A stretch of 64,000 bases of DNA from Octopus bimaculoides (taxonomy: Eukaryota), in NCBI RefSeq assembly GCF_001194135.2, contig NC_068981.1, forward strand, positions 158,775,607-158,839,606, read 5' to 3'. Positions 50,429 through 64,000 of this stretch are shown here, one piece after another (within the stretch, counting starts at the first letter, position 1; the number at the start of each line of letters is the position of its first letter). The notes under the pieces were generated by a model, which was not told the DNA's origin, did no database searches, and worked only from the letters and a program-made list of their open reading frames with translations. The position numbers and the translations under genes were made by a program.

Positions 50429-52157
50429 ATTTCTAGCACCAGCCATTGTTTAAACAGTGAAAAAGTTATGTATAATTTCATATAAACTGAGTTGTTTTTT
50501 CAGTTTACTAAAGACGTTGAAAATTTGCTCAAGAGAAATATTTCAGTTAAAATTTGCTCAAAGAGAAACTAGTTAAATTTTCAATTTTTAATTTATTTAA
50601 AATAAAAAAGAGAATATTGTTATTTTTGTTATTGTTTATCATTGAGAGACTTTTTACATTAATATATACTGCTAATGAAATCTTTTTAAATTTTATTTAT
50701 TATTGAAGTTTTCAAAATTTTAAAAATCATTCATTAACACTAAATCATTTGTTGGCACACATATCTTTTATATTTTCTTATCTCTCGGAAATAAAACAAT
50801 TACAATTTTGATCTGTGTATTATTAAAAATAAAAGAGTAATACTTGGAAATCCAGTTTTTTCAGTTTTATTAAAATATATGAATCAAAAAATTTGTCATT
50901 GTAAAACTGTATGTTATTAGAAAAGTATGACAAGAACGAATGAAAGAAATATCCCAAATTCTAGGATTCACATTTGTGGATGGATGGTGATATAAGAAAT
51001 AGTTGTTTGTAAATCACAGTAATAACTTATTGGAAACGGTGAATTTAAATTTATAAGGAGTAAAACCTACTGCCACTTTGTGATTAGGGAATCCTGTTTT
51101 TTGTAATTCAAATGAAATCAAAATATTTGATATCATTTAGCTACTGTGAAAAACTTATTTCCCTCTTCTCTGAAGCAGATTTAAATGTTAGATTTATACT
51201 TGTAAAATACCTGTTCAGAATTCACTAAACATTAATTATATATATGTATAAAAAAATATTTTGGCCAATTAATTTGATGTTGCCTTACTTTGAAACCATT
51301 TAACCAAACATTTACAAGCATCAATTTTTGAGTGGGTATTGTATTCAGTATGTCTCATAATTCAGAGATTGAAAAAAAATGTATAAAGTGATAAATATAA
51401 TTCAAAAATCTTTATTTTAAAAATCTCAATTCCCCAAGAAATAATTAATATTTAGGAGCATTCTAATCCTTTCTAATCACTATCTTTATGACAGTAGCTA
51501 GTTTATAATAATCAAAATCTCCAATATGGAGCACCAACTTAGATACAGTAATTTCATCTTTGGTGATTCAAAGCTGAAATTAGACTTTGGTTTTGTCTTT
51601 CTCCACTTCTAGTAATGATAAAATCAGTCATAGTAAGACACTGAGGTTGATTATAACAATCACATACCCGTTTCAAAATTGATTTTTATACCTAAAGCAA
51701 AGATTTTTTTTTTTTAAATAAACATTTTTTAAATGATTAAAATGTCAGTATTGTTAGTCTGCTTTTGTTGCTTGCTCTAAAAGTTAGGAATCTTAAAATC
51801 TAGCAATATACAAGGTGTAATCTCTTTTAAGAATTTTTAAAGTAATTGAGTATTCAGATCTTTTAGAAGCTGTAACTATAAAGTCCACATGCATCATCAA
51901 TTGATACTTCCTAGATAACTTCACCTGTGTTATTGTTCTTAAAAATAGGTTTGTTCTTCATAGATAAAATAGTTTAAATAAAATTGGTCATAACATATTT
52001 GTAATTTTCTTTCCCTTCAAATATTTAATGTGTGATAAAACATCAGCGAAACAGATCTATAAGTTATAGCTTGTTCTTTTATACTAAAAGTCTTCTGTTG
52101 CTAGACTCTTATTGAAGAGGAACTTTTTCTTCACCTGTTTGATAAATATCCATAATA

Positions 52158-52924
52158 TCAAGATTTTAAAATGACATGATTTGCAGTAACAAAAATTAAA
52201 CAAAAAGCTGACCAAACCATTACAAACCACACCCAATATTTACTTTTGAACATAGACATTTTGTTTTTAGGTAAAGGGTTAATTGTTAGAAATTCTTCTT
52301 TACGAGCAAAATATACTAACAAAGCTGGAACGATATACTGAATTCCACTGCCAGCATAGGAACCTGTAATTCCAACGAGGAATTCTACTTCATCTGTGAT
52401 GATAGCTATAATCAAAGGCGGTATGATAGCAAGCAATGGGAAGAAGATTCTATCTATAAACCAATGGTATGGTTTCTCGGGATTAAAAAACAATGTTTTC
52501 AAATTGTTCCGAAGTGTAACAGCTATAATTGGGAAATTTGTACTGAGTGTAAACACAGGAAAAAGAAGGAGGAAATATTGGAGAAATTTACTGTCAGTTA
52601 TTAACTGTTGTGAATCACTGTTTGAATTTGGGAAGAAATTTAGTGTGTAGACATCATTAATATTATCAAATGCAAAAATGGCTGTAAATGATAGCAAGGC
52701 ATAGAAAAGTAAAATTAAGAAGTAGTCTGCTGCTAGAAGATTGAAAATCTGGTTTTTGTTCTTGATTGGTGTCACTAATGATGGGAGGGAGTGATGACAC
52801 ATGAATGAGTACACACATACACCAAACAGATTTGGAATTCCGGAAAAGTTAAAAATTGGTGGATGGCCTTTCCCTTCACCGTGGCCTAATCGAATAGCAG
52901 TCAGTACAACCATAATAGTAAATG
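52158..52924 (-). CDS. TMEM104: TMEM104 terminal coding exon (767 nt)
   Basis: Acceptor ttttgcag|ca at 52924; contains ORF-track ORF 52158..52913. Confidence 0.96.
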
Positions 52925-55900
52925 CTGCAAAACAATTGAAAGAAATAAGAACAAATTAGAAGAGAAATGATATTTTTAAATAGACTAAAAGGAATACTTC
53001 AATGCTTACTATCATTGTTAAGCAACTGATTTTCCATGCCTGCATGAGTTTGGTGGGCTTTCTTTTAGGCAGGGTCTCATGGCCAGATTCTTCTTTGTAG
53101 TAAACATTTTCAGTTACCTCTTACAATATGCAGAGACAGTGTACTTATTCTAAAATGGAGATACACATGCTAAACAATTCTAAGCTATTAAGTTATGCTT
53201 ATATAATATAGCTTCACAAAATCCTAGTGTCTAAAATGTCAAAACAGAAAATTCATTCATTTCCATAATTTTACAAGTTTTATATTTTTAAGCAGATAAT
53301 ATTTTATTTTCAAAATAGGTTTATAATGTTCTAAGCAGATGAGCATTCGTATACCAAACGGAGATAATTTTGAGCAATTTTATTTAGAACGTAGTTCAGT
53401 GGAATATGAGTCATATAATCATAGCAAATACTAAACAAGAAACATTGAAGTGACAGTCATCATCATCTTTGGTTTGATCGTTTTTTTTTCTTCACACAAG
53501 CAAGAGTTGGACAAAACTGAAGTGCATGATCTTCCAGATATGTTCATTATTCATTGTCTGACCTATGAAACTTGCTTTTGTAATATATTTCACAATCATG
53601 AAGGTTCATGGCCAAGTGGTTAGGGTGTTGCACTTACCATGATGAGATCATGGGTCTAGTTCTTGGACCGAGTGGCACATTGTGTTCTTGAGCAAAACAC
53701 TTCCTCTCACAATGTTCTGCGATCACTTCAGCACCTGACATGTGGTACACTGTGCACCTGCTCAGGAAACATCAATTTACTGGAGGTAGTGAGCTAATGT
53801 ACAATATATACATTTGATCACTAAACAAATCCTTTGTGCAGGTTGTTCAGCAAGAAATTACAGAACTGTCTTTCTCAGACTACAAGAGACTGTCATCTTG
53901 TATCTAATGATCTCATGTTATATTCTATCCTAAATTTGGATGGTTCTTCAAAATTTTTAGGTTTTTAAAATGTTAATTTCAGTATCACACTAGAGAAATC
54001 ATTTAGCCCAGGTCAGCCCCAACCAAACATACACATTAACCATTTTCAGGGGTATGATGAATTATATGTGTCCTATCTTTATATAAATTGGTAGGGTGAG
54101 ATTTTGCTGCTATTTCTGACAAGTTATGTAATCATGTAAAAGGTTCTTTGCTCAAAATTATGGGAGTGATATTCTATTGTACTTGACAAAATTACAGGGC
54201 TTTAGTCATTGAATTACTGAGCTCAGAGTTAGAAATTTTCAGATACTTTTCACTCCTTAACTTCCTACATAGAGGTGTCATCTTCATGCAACATAGACAC
54301 CTAACACTGATCCAATCCTGCATTGCTTCTTTAAATAGTGATCTTGAAAACATTCTTCAATGGTAACATGATAATCTAGTATCTTTGAACAACACAAAGA
54401 TAGCACCTTATGAAAATCCTCATATTCTCTACAAGTAGTAGCCTTTGAAACATTGGAGTCCTGTTCATATATATGGGACAGTGCTGCTGCCATATACCCA
54501 AGCATTCATGACCTCATAAAAATAGAGATCTGGTTAATTGTCAAAAATTCATTCATTAACAGATGCTTAGGTTCAGAGATGGATATTTGGAAATGAGATC
54601 TCACTGTGGAAGCTCCACAGCAGAGATGTATACTTTTGAATTATCTCCTCACCCATGTATTCCAATCAGGTTTCAACATACAGATGTTCTATCTGTACAG
54701 CAACTACTTTAACCTCTCCAGTTTTAAGCCAGCAAAAGTGTCACTCTGTGATTGCTCAATGTACTATAGAAATAGCAGCAAAATCTCCCTTAAATCACAT
54801 CATACCATCAGATATTATGGTCTCTTATATTTCCTATACTCAGGGAAAAGACAGGATAGTTACAGCTGGATGTCTCTGATCATATGTCTGTTCAATCAGA
54901 ATTGATTTGAGGCTAAACATAAAAAGCAACAACAACCCCATTAATCTGGGATTCAATAAATAGGTGCTGCCATTTATTCTCTAAATAACAGAACAGAAAA
55001 GTATTCAACATCCATCTGAAATAATATATAATTGGTGTCAGCTCCAAAACTCATGGCCTTTGTAGGTGGATTACAGTTGTTTAACATTTTACAAGAAATA
55101 TTACAACAGATCAAAATTAACAAAAAAATAATCTTACCTGTCCATCGAAAGACTGAGGTAAAAACCTGAAGATATCCGGTTTTTTGAACATTAAAAAAGG
55201 TAAATGGACCCAAAACTAAAGCAAATACAACCTGAAATACACAAAAATCACATATTTAGGATAGCACAGATGGTAATATTTGCTTCTCTAAAAATTTCAG
55301 GCCATTGTTTTTATGGAAGCAATACATATTGCTGCTTAGAAGGAATATTTTTGCAGTTGTACATGTGACCAACTTTAATATATAACTATTGTAGTTGTTT
55401 TAAATGTTGTCACTAATGTCTTTAAAAAAAAAAAACCCTGTAACTTAGCAGTTCAACTAAAGTGTCTGAAAGAATAAGGACCAGACTTTAAAAAAATGAA
55501 GTACTGGGATTGATTTGTTCAACTAAAACCCTTCAAGGTAGTGCCCCAGCATTATTACAGTCTAATGACTGAAATGGGTAAAAGAATAAAAAACAATATT
55601 AGAATATTGTTAGGAACATTATTTACCAAGAGGGTATCTCTAGTCCATAAAATTTGCCACAAGACCTCATTTATATTTCTCTTCTATAAATGAGGTCTTG
55701 TGGCTAATTTTATGAAGTAGGGATACACTCCTGATAAATAATGTTCCTAACATTATTCTAATGATTGATTTCATTTCATTTATAATGAAAAATGTACGAA
55801 CACTCCACAGTTACATATTCTCCTCTCTCATATAAAATATAAGGCCTTATAGTTAAATAAGAAAATAATATAAATGATGAAAAGTTACATCATTTTAAAA

Positions 55901-58900
55901 ACCTTCATTGAAAAAAGGTGAGAAAAAAAGTACATACAATAAAAATACGGTAAGCATTCTTCCGAGAGATATCAGATCCTGGCCAGCAGATGTCATCATC
56001 ACTTACAGTTCTATTAGTGTCTGTTAAGTTGGTGGTGCTGAAATATTAATTACATAAATATAATAAAAACCTTTTGTAAATTTTAACATACACACATAAT
56101 ACAGACATGGTTCTGTGGTTAAGGAGTTTGCTTTGCTACTACATGGTTTTAGGTTTGATCTCATTGGATGGCATTTAGAACAAGTGCATTACTCTTAGAT
56201 TAATCAGAATTTTATGAGGGAAATTTGATATCTGCATTAATCAGAATCATCGTATTAAAAGAAAAAGTCAAGTGAGTAAAAATGTTAATTCTTGCATCTC
56301 AAGCAAGTATGAAAGATAAAAAAAAAAAGCAACAAAATTAAAATGTCACCATCAATTTCTAACAATTCTTGACTTTGTGAAACTTTAAACAGGCATAAGA
56401 GAAATATACACCTTCAATTTATAATCATCAGTGGTTTAAAAATGAGAAGCACCAATTTAGGTCCTCTCTGAAAATATTTAGCAATATCAACCAGGTTTAA
56501 CCTTTTAGCATTCAGCTTACTGTCACATGTTATGCTTATTTATTCACATTGTTTTGAATTACTCATACATTATCTTTTTGTGTTGAGATTTCAATGAAGT
56601 GCTTGATTATTTTTAATATGACATCATAGGATAGGTGAGAGAGCTGCATATGACCAGACTGTACATAACACAGGTATAACATTTGGATGGGAAATGGCCG
56701 GTTTAAATACTAAAGGATTAAAGAAACTCTTTATATATTAGCAATGTTAACTGGGTTATATGTTTACTTCTGTTATGCAGAGGTAACATACCCACTATTA
56801 ATAAAAACACTTCTCTGCAATGTATTAAATTTTCTCTCTGTACTTCTGCTTCAAACAGAATTCACAACAATAAAGAAAAGCAACAACAACAGTATGGTTC
56901 TTTCTGTGACACCGCAATAGTCATCAGCAAGCTTTCCACACATGAATATCACCTTCCAACACTACTAAGCTCAAATAATCATTAATCTTCTATTTGACCT
57001 GACAATAATCTAAAACAAACAGACTCTCTTTGCTCTGAAATGATTTATAACAATGATCAATTGTTAAACTATCACTACTTTGATTTAAACATCAGCAAAT
57101 AAGTTACCAAAGGCAACAGCAGTTATAAAATGTACTAGTTTTTCAACTTGAAAATACAGCATAATTTCTGTATTTTTTGTTTTAACTATTTTTTCTCCAA
57201 TGATTTTTTTTTTTGTTTATGCACAAGGTTATTTTAGTAACCTATACCAGGCTATTACTGCTACATAGTATATAAAAACCGGTGGAATTCAAATGCAAAA
57301 TTCTAAGTTATTGAATTAGCTAAAGGTAACCACCACCACCAATTTGGTAGATGGAAACTGTGTGGAAGCCCATCACATAGACAGACAGACAAACAAGTAT
57401 ATATGTGTGCATCTGTGTTTGTCACTCCACCATCCACAAATCACTTGACAACTGGTGTTAGTTTGTTTATATCCCTGTAACTTGGCAGTTTTGCAAAAGA
57501 AACTGATAGAATAAGCACCAGATTTAAAAAATAAGTACTTGGCTTAATTAGTTTGACTGAACCCTTTGAAGTAGTGCCCCAGCTTGGCCACAATCCAATG
57601 ACTGAAACAGATAAAAGATAAAGGTAACTGAATTAACTTTAGTATATTACTGGTACTTATACTTTAGTGACCCTCATGGAATGGGTGGAGAAATTGTTTC
57701 TAGGGACAAGATTATACACTGAAAGGCATTAGTCCAACATTTTGTTCATCCCTTATGTTAACTCTTCACGTTATGCTTTAATCATTACAAAGCACTTGAT
57801 GTTACATTATAAACTGGTTTCCATAATTTCAGTCTTAGTATTATATAGCTTCAGAATGATTTCAAACTGAAACACCCAAGCCTAACACAGTAGAATGTCT
57901 ATGTCATCAATGACAAAATATTGATTTCAAATTTTGGTAGAGAGCCAGCAATTTTGGGAGTGGGTAAGAAAATTACATTGATACTAGTGTTCAACTAGCA
58001 CTTATTTTTTTCTTTCTCAACACTGAAAGGATAAAAGGCAAAGCTGACCTCAGCAGATTTTGAACTCAGAATGTGAAGACAGATGAAATACCACTAAGCA
58101 TTTTGCCCAGCATACTTACAATTCTGGCAGCTTGCTATCTTTTTGACAAAATTAATATTGATTTCAAATTTTGGCACAAGGCCAGCAATTTCGGGGATGG
58201 GGGTAAATTGATTACATTGACCCCAGTGTTCAACTGGTACTTATTTTATCGACCCCAAAAGATGAAAAGCAAAGTCAACCACAGTGGAATTTGAACTCAG
58301 AGCATAAAGACCAATGAAATACTGCTAAGCATTTTGTCAGTGTGTTAATGATTCTGCCAGCTCATTACCTTTTCGACAAAGTTAATATTAAAACCAATAT
58401 TAGATTCGATATGAACAATGACATGGCAGAAATGGCATTGTATTAGAGGTCTTACAGTATTTAGTTTTGTTAGTCTATATTTTCAATGGGCTTGATTTTA
58501 CCTGTAACTCCTTCTCCAGAGCAATAAAAGAAGTACTAATAACATATCAGGTTGTTTTAAGTGACTATACTCCATATTAACACACACACATGTACACACA
58601 CACAAGTATAAAGAAAGAAAACCCATAATTTAAGTAAATATTTACCAAGCTAAATTCCTTAAAGATTTTGGAACAGCTGCTCCATAAATTGCCAAATCTC
58701 CATACAGGTAAACTATTATGCAGATGTAGAAAAATAGTACACCAACTGAAACAAAAAGAATTGAAGAGTTCCACAAATAAACAGAAAAAGTCATTAAAAA
58801 TTGGTCATCATATGAGATTTGCTGTGCTTAAGAAAACCCCACCATGTTTATTGCAGCTGCATCTCCCTTCCTCCACTCTCCCTCATGTACCTACCAGCAT

Positions 58901-61900
58901 ACAATATGTCCCTGTTCAATACCTTCCCCACAAAATATCCTCCTAATACCACCTCCCTCTACAAGTCTCCAATTATTACACCCCCCCCAGTTCCCCCCCT
59001 TTGTTTTGAAATCTTGCGAACTCACCCACCAACACACCCTCTCCAATCCTTGGTCCACTTCACTATATACATTTTCCTGTAACTTGGATGTATGGTCCCT
59101 GCCCCCTCATCATCACAGCCTCACCATCTTTCCTCTCTATCTCTCTGAGTTAGTTGTGTTTCTCTTCTAATGCAAGATACCTTTTCTGAACCTCAATACA
59201 ACTCCCTGCACTTGAGGGATTTTGCCCTGCTAGTTATTTGGTGACCTCACTGCAGCTGGTGCCACATAAAAAAGCACCCAGTACTCTTTGTAAAGTAGTT
59301 GACGTTATGAAGGGCATTCAGCTATAGAAACCAACCCAAAACAGATAGTAGAGCTTGGTGCAATCATCTGACTTGTCAGTTCCTGACAAACTATTCTACC
59401 CATGCCAGCATGGAAAACAGACGTTAAATGATGATGATATGTGATGTGAAATCAAATGAGCTTGCTAAATTTTCTTCTCAAACTAAACAGTATATAAATG
59501 TTTAGCTGCAGTATCAAAGAACTTGCCTCAACATGGATCAACACATTTTATGTGGATAATTCTTAATGTAGGACAAGCACAAATGAAGTACTCACAAATT
59601 TTATCAACTGAAAAATTCAAGGCTCAGATATTGTTGAAACCAAAATCTCTAAACATTCCTCCAGAAAATTTGTAATGAGTCCAGTTAGAATTTATGTAGT
59701 TTAACTTTAGCAAAGTATTTCCATGGCATAACTATTCACAATGGTGTGGAGAAGAGAGTTCTACAAGGTAGTGATTACTGAGGTAAAGAAGTCTTTTTTT
59801 ATCATATTTAGTATGTCCAAATATTGGTTTCACATTCTCTTAATACTTTGACTGGAATCTGACCAGATCCAGTAGTCAGGTTAAAGTTAATTATATTTAT
59901 TTTTATGTTTTTAAGCCAACACTTGTACAGGCACTATCTCAGAAAATTGTCTGATGTCAGCTTTCGTCATGTATTACTTTTCTGCAATAAGATATTGACA
60001 TTACCTTTTACCAATACGCATACAGTTGTCCAGTTATTCAATCATTATCTCTTTCCTCAATAAAGTAACATTTGTTTGAAATATTGGTTTCTAAATTTTG
60101 GCACAAGGCCAGCAAGTTTGTGGGAGTGGGAAAGACAATTACATCAACCCCAGTGCTCAATTTGCATTTATTTTATTGACCCTGAAAGGATGAAAGGCAA
60201 AATCAACCTTGGCAGAATATGACAGACAAAAAGCTGCTAAGCATTTTGTTCAGCATGCTCATAGTTCTGCCACTTCTATGCCTTATTTGTTTGAAATATC
60301 AAAGACAGTTATTACACAAAGCACAAGGATACATACAACCAGTGCTTAACCTTGATTTCAATTATGTTAAATAAATTAAAAGCACATTTCCTCTTGCCTA
60401 TTGCTTATGACTTTTCCAAAACTCTTAAAAAAAACTTTCTTTACAAATAGGTAAACTGAGACAAATAGAATAAAGTACATTTCACTTAGACAAATGAAAC
60501 TAAGAGATGATCTATTCATCTGACCAATCTTACATCAGTTTTTTTTTTAATTTGCAAACAGACATTTGATCTAATGATAAAAGTTAAGGAATAAAATAGA
60601 AATAATTACCTTTGTTGAAGAACATTGATGCCATGTGACCCTGTTGAAAGAAAGGTTTGACTATATTATAATAGTTAAGTGGATTATTAGTTAGTAATTC
60701 TAATATTCTCTAATACTTCCATTTTAGGGAGAAGGTGCAGCCTGTACTTTTATTAAATTAACTGAGATAATTCGGGAAGAATACATTGTCTATGGTCATA
60801 ATAAAGCCAGTGCACACATATAAACACACACACAAACATACACTCACACAGTCAATGCAAGCAAAGGTTACACAAAAGGACAGTATGACCTCTGGAAGAT
60901 TGGTAAGCAACCATGACTACAATGTACTAAACCTACAAGAATAATAGATGTACCCATGCCTTGCTTGATTGATACAGTAGTAGTTAATTTCTGTTCCTTA
61001 GTTCTAGATGTGTTTGTATGTAGCACCTTTATGATATAGTATCTAGAGCAAGAAATGAGAAGAAAAGAATCAGGCAGCTGTTTTTTCTGTTAGTAACAAC
61101 AAAAGAAAAAGGAGTTTCTATAAGGTTGCTTCATTTGCATGAAATATCAACCAATCCTCCCCACATCACTCTTTACAGTCTTAAAAATGTATTAAGAACA
61201 CGTTAGATAATGTAGTCCTCAATATCTCTACAAAGAATAGTGAAGGCTGAAATAGTTTTGATCATACATCTGTTTGATTTGATCTGAATGGCAACAATAA
61301 CAAAAAAAAGCAGTGTAGCTAGATCTTAGTGACAGGCCTCACAGCATATAGGATTGCGAGTGGAGGTGATTGATTGCCCAACTGGCTTCAGAAAAAGATT
61401 TGGAAGTCGTAAAGTTCATACTTTAGATATTTAGGAATCTAAACAATGTTGCACACTCAGCTATACAGGGCTTATTTCACTACACACATCTAGTCATTCA
61501 GTCTCTCTCACTCATTCATTCATTCATGCCAACACATACACACAAGACACAAACAGCTTGTTATTTCAAAATCATTAGAAAAAAAATAGAGCAGAAAAGA
61601 AAGAAGCAAATAAAAACTTAACATACCATTTCAACTCTCTCTGTGATATCATACAATTTGTTAGCTGAAACAAATAAAATTATATATTATGGAACACTAT
61701 TATCTTACATTTATATATTAAATGTAATTGTTGAGAACTAATGAATGATTCATAGGAACACTAACTAGAATTGTTTTCTATATCAGCCAAATTTAATTTA
61801 GATTTATATTGATAGTTATGACAACAGAATATATTGTAATATAGTTCATTTACATGTGAACACTACAAAGTTAAGGTGTGTTCAAATGAGCTACATCTTT

Positions 61901-62853
61901 GATTTAACTTTAAATTATGGTACTAATCATGTCACCTAAGCCCACTTAACTTTCCTCAAGGAGCAAAATCGGTGTCAGGTATCAAACTGACTGGATTATA
62001 GCAGGTTAATAAGTTACAGATTTAAATTCAAATCCTCTCTTTAACATACTATATATTTCCCCTCTCAAGATATTAGGAAATGGCAAGGGTCTCCATTGTA
62101 AAATACCACTACTGTTGCAATGTCTCCATTAAATGAAACTGGCCATCACTTGAAAATATTTGGAAATGTGTATTTTGTGACACTGTCAGCTAGCGGAATT
62201 CTGCTTTATGCATGCCATATAACCCCTCCTAAATCAAAAAAAAATTTGGGGGGAATTTTCAGAAAATTTTCACAAATTTATGTTCTAAACACAGGAATTC
62301 ATACAATTATGAAAAAAAAAATTTGTATGTGATTTAAAGGCTATTTAGCTGTTATTTTTAGCACATCTCATGCCCACCTGATACCTTCCTCATTTCTTTG
62401 TCACTCTGACATATTGACGCTTTTCATTATCTTTTCTTCCCATAAACACATACAATGGTATATTGCTGAAATTTGAGCAAAAGATTTGGATTGTCCATAT
62501 TTTAAATTGTGATTAAAAAAAAAATTTTGAAAAATCAAAAATAAATTTTTTGTTATAGTAGTGTGAATTCCTGTGTATAGAATACAAATTTGCAAAAAAT
62601 TTTTGAAAATTACAAAAAAAAAAAGCTATAAAGTTATATGGCACACGTAAAGCAGAATTCCACCCTTTAATCATTGTTAAGTCAATGCAAATTATTTGAA
62701 AAATTAAACATTAGAAAAACATTATAAATAGCTATCAAGAAATCTAAAACAAATCTATGATAATTTCTCACCATTGCCATCACTATCATCTTCCTGATCC
62801 AAAAGTGGTTGTTCTTCATTATTTTCATACACGATGGCATCATTTTTATGTCT
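52158..62853 (-). CDS. TMEM104: Transmembrane protein 104 (amino-acid transporter-like), 5'-partial; complement join(62772..62853,61627..61664,60610..60640,58646..58745,55938..56037,55138..55231,52158..52924), 403 aa in window
   Basis: 1212 nt in frame with GT-AG introns. Motifs include ITERVEMGHMASMFFNK, IIVYLYGDLAIYGAAVP, LGPFTFFNVQKT, NLFGVCVYSFMCHHSLPSL, FPVFTLSTNFPIIAVTLRNN and VGITGSYAGSGIQY. N-terminal exons were not found in the window. Confidence 0.94.
55138..55231 (-). CDS. TMEM104: TMEM104 internal exon
   Basis: tttcag|VVFALVLGPFTFFNVQKTGYLQVFTSVFRWT g|gtaaga. Confidence 0.94.
55598..55762. repeat. 165-bp intronic fold-back with a perfect 20-bp apical stem
   Basis: gccacaagacctcatttata-tttctcttc-tataaatgaggtcttgtggc; arms extend to attagaat / attctaat. 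Confidence 0.9.
55938..56037 (-). CDS. TMEM104: TMEM104 internal exon
   Basis: tttcag|..TTNLTDTNRTVSDDDICWPGSDISRKNAYRIFI|gtatgt. Confidence 0.9.
56501..56717. mobile_element. TTAA-flanked piggyBac-like MITE
   Basis: TTAA|CCTTTTAGCATT ... AATACTAAAGGA|TTAA. Confidence 0.7.
57942..58368 (-). mobile_element. Two tandem family A SINEs in a TMEM104 intron
   Basis: Two consecutive reverse-complement copies (~57942-58130 and ~58160-58368); another at ~60085-60285. Confidence 0.75.
58646..58745 (-). CDS. TMEM104: TMEM104 internal exon
   Basis: gtttcag|..GVLFFYICIIVYLYGDLAIYGAAVPKSLRNLA..|gtaaat. Confidence 0.94.
60610..60640 (-). CDS. TMEM104: TMEM104 31-nt exon
   Basis: caacag|GHMASMFFNK g|gtaatt. 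Confidence 0.9.
61627..61664 (-). CDS. TMEM104: TMEM104 38-nt exon
   Basis: gtttcag|..NKLYDITERVEM|gtatgt. Confidence 0.88.
62193..62665. mobile_element. Fold-back MITE with ~140-bp arms
   Basis: ggaattctgctttatgcatgccatataac / gttatatggcacacgtaaagcagaattcc; right end ..CCCT|TTAA. Confidence 0.75.
62772..62853 (-). CDS. TMEM104: TMEM104 most 5' exon seen in window
   Basis: ttatag|RHKNDAIVYENNEEQPLLDQEDDSDGN g|gtgaga; the phase joins the 38-nt exon. The acidic loop is poorly conserved, so support is weaker. Confidence 0.75.
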
Positions 62854-63598
62854 CTATAATAGAATATTGGAAAACGCATTAGTAAATGTATGATCATGCA
62901 CTAACCTATTTAGATCATTAGGGTTCTTCTCATCTCTTCATTTTCATGCACTGTATCCATCTACAGACATTAAGATGCAACTGAAATAATTCACCAACAA
63001 TGAATTTTGTCTATAATCAAATATTTAGAGCAGACATTTTCAAATGGTGTGCTGTAAATTTATTAAAAAAAGAAAAAGAAAAACAAAACCACTTAATCCA
63101 TACTAATGCTTAAGCATATTGAAAAATGTGTTATTCTAATTTTGTTCTACTCAAAAATGATCAATGAAATAAAGAAACATTTTTTTTTTGGAAATTTTAA
63201 AAGTAAATAACAGGTTTTTTAAAAAAATTTCCACACTAAATACTGTTAATTGTTTTTATTTCATTTCCATTGTAATGTAAAGTTAAAATGAATTGAGACC
63301 CACTAATTATTCTTTCAAGAGTTAGGATACTTCTTTGAGCATTCGTAATAACAATATCCGTACATATCTTTCTTAATGTAATGTTTTTTTTAAATATTTT
63401 GAGAACTCATATAGGTTTTATTTCTAAGTAATCTATGGACAAATAATCAATTTTTAAACCATAGTTATAGTTTTTTAAGGAAATGCATAATTTTTAACTA
63501 GTGGTATCGTTATGAGAATATCACAATCCTTAATCCTTTTGACACCAACCTGCCTGAAATTGTCTCTGTTTCTATGATAGAAGCTTCTTAGTTTAAAG

Positions 63599-63860
63599 CA
63601 GTAGTTCTTAAATTTTTGAGGGGCACACAGGTCACATTCCGAGTGACCCCCCCTTCCCGCCCCATTTCCTACTCACCGCCACAAACATATAGACCACTTT
63701 CTGCATCAAATTCAAAATATCTGTATTTCACAAATAAAACTTAACCTAGTCAACCCATTATTTTGTTGCTTTTACATCCATTGCCCCCTTTTCTTCAGCA
63801 CTTCCCTGGATCTTTCCACTGCCTCCAGAAGGGCAACCCCACCCACTTTGGGAGCCACTG
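63599..63860. mobile_element. hAT/Charlie-like MITE
   Basis: CAGTAGTTCTTAAA ... TTTGGGAGCCACTG termini; the 8-bp flanks do not match well. Confidence 0.5.
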
Positions 63861-63919
63861 CTCTGGCAGATGTGCTGGAGCAATAAGCCCCAAGAGCACA
63901 CGATAAATAGATTTTTCTC

Positions 63920-64000
63920 AAATGCCCAGGAAGATCCATAAATGTAGTAGACAGTTTCTGTTACCTAGGTGACCAAATTAGCAGAGGAAGAGGATGTTCT
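63920..64000 (+). mobile_element. RTE RT fragment
   Basis: VVDSFCYLGDQISRGRGCS, the same family as 12403-12720. Confidence 0.7.

Noticed and set aside
52158-52913. ORF-track start at ATG 52913 as a standalone 251-aa gene
   Set aside because: It is the terminal exon of TMEM104; the frame continues through the acceptor at 52924.
36606-62771. Minor (U12) or GC-AG introns in PIGC/TMEM104
   Set aside because: All 12 donors are ordinary GT(A/G) types and none reads GTATCCTT or ATATCCTT.

Overview
AT-rich, repeat-dense eukaryotic genomic DNA with four N-gaps. From its SINE and LINE families it looks like an octopod cephalopod (Octopus-like); this is recognition by eye, not a database search. Two conserved genes could be rebuilt by hand with GT-AG introns and continuous frame. 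PIGC (+) has 7 coding exons at 36509-44697 and encodes 290 aa. Convergent with it is the 3' part of TMEM104 (-), 7 coding exons at 52158-62853, 403 aa in the window, with the 5' exons not found here. A third, unidentified minus-strand gene probably starts near 15682 (YY1 and CCAAT promoter motifs, first exon MASVG). Possible terminal exons of a plus-strand gene lie at 4978-5495. The rest is decayed transposons: RTE and CR1-like LINEs, tRNA-derived SINEs, Penelope-like elements with hammerhead ribozyme cores, a CRE/RLE-type fragment, an ORF1-only non-LTR element, a near full-length Chapaev3-type DNA transposon, Tigger and mariner remnants, and several fold-back MITEs. The most notable structures are a tRNA-headed, hammerhead-bearing Penelope terminal-repeat unit (3 copies) and several long near-perfect hairpins. 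There is no CRISPR array, rRNA or intact tRNA gene.
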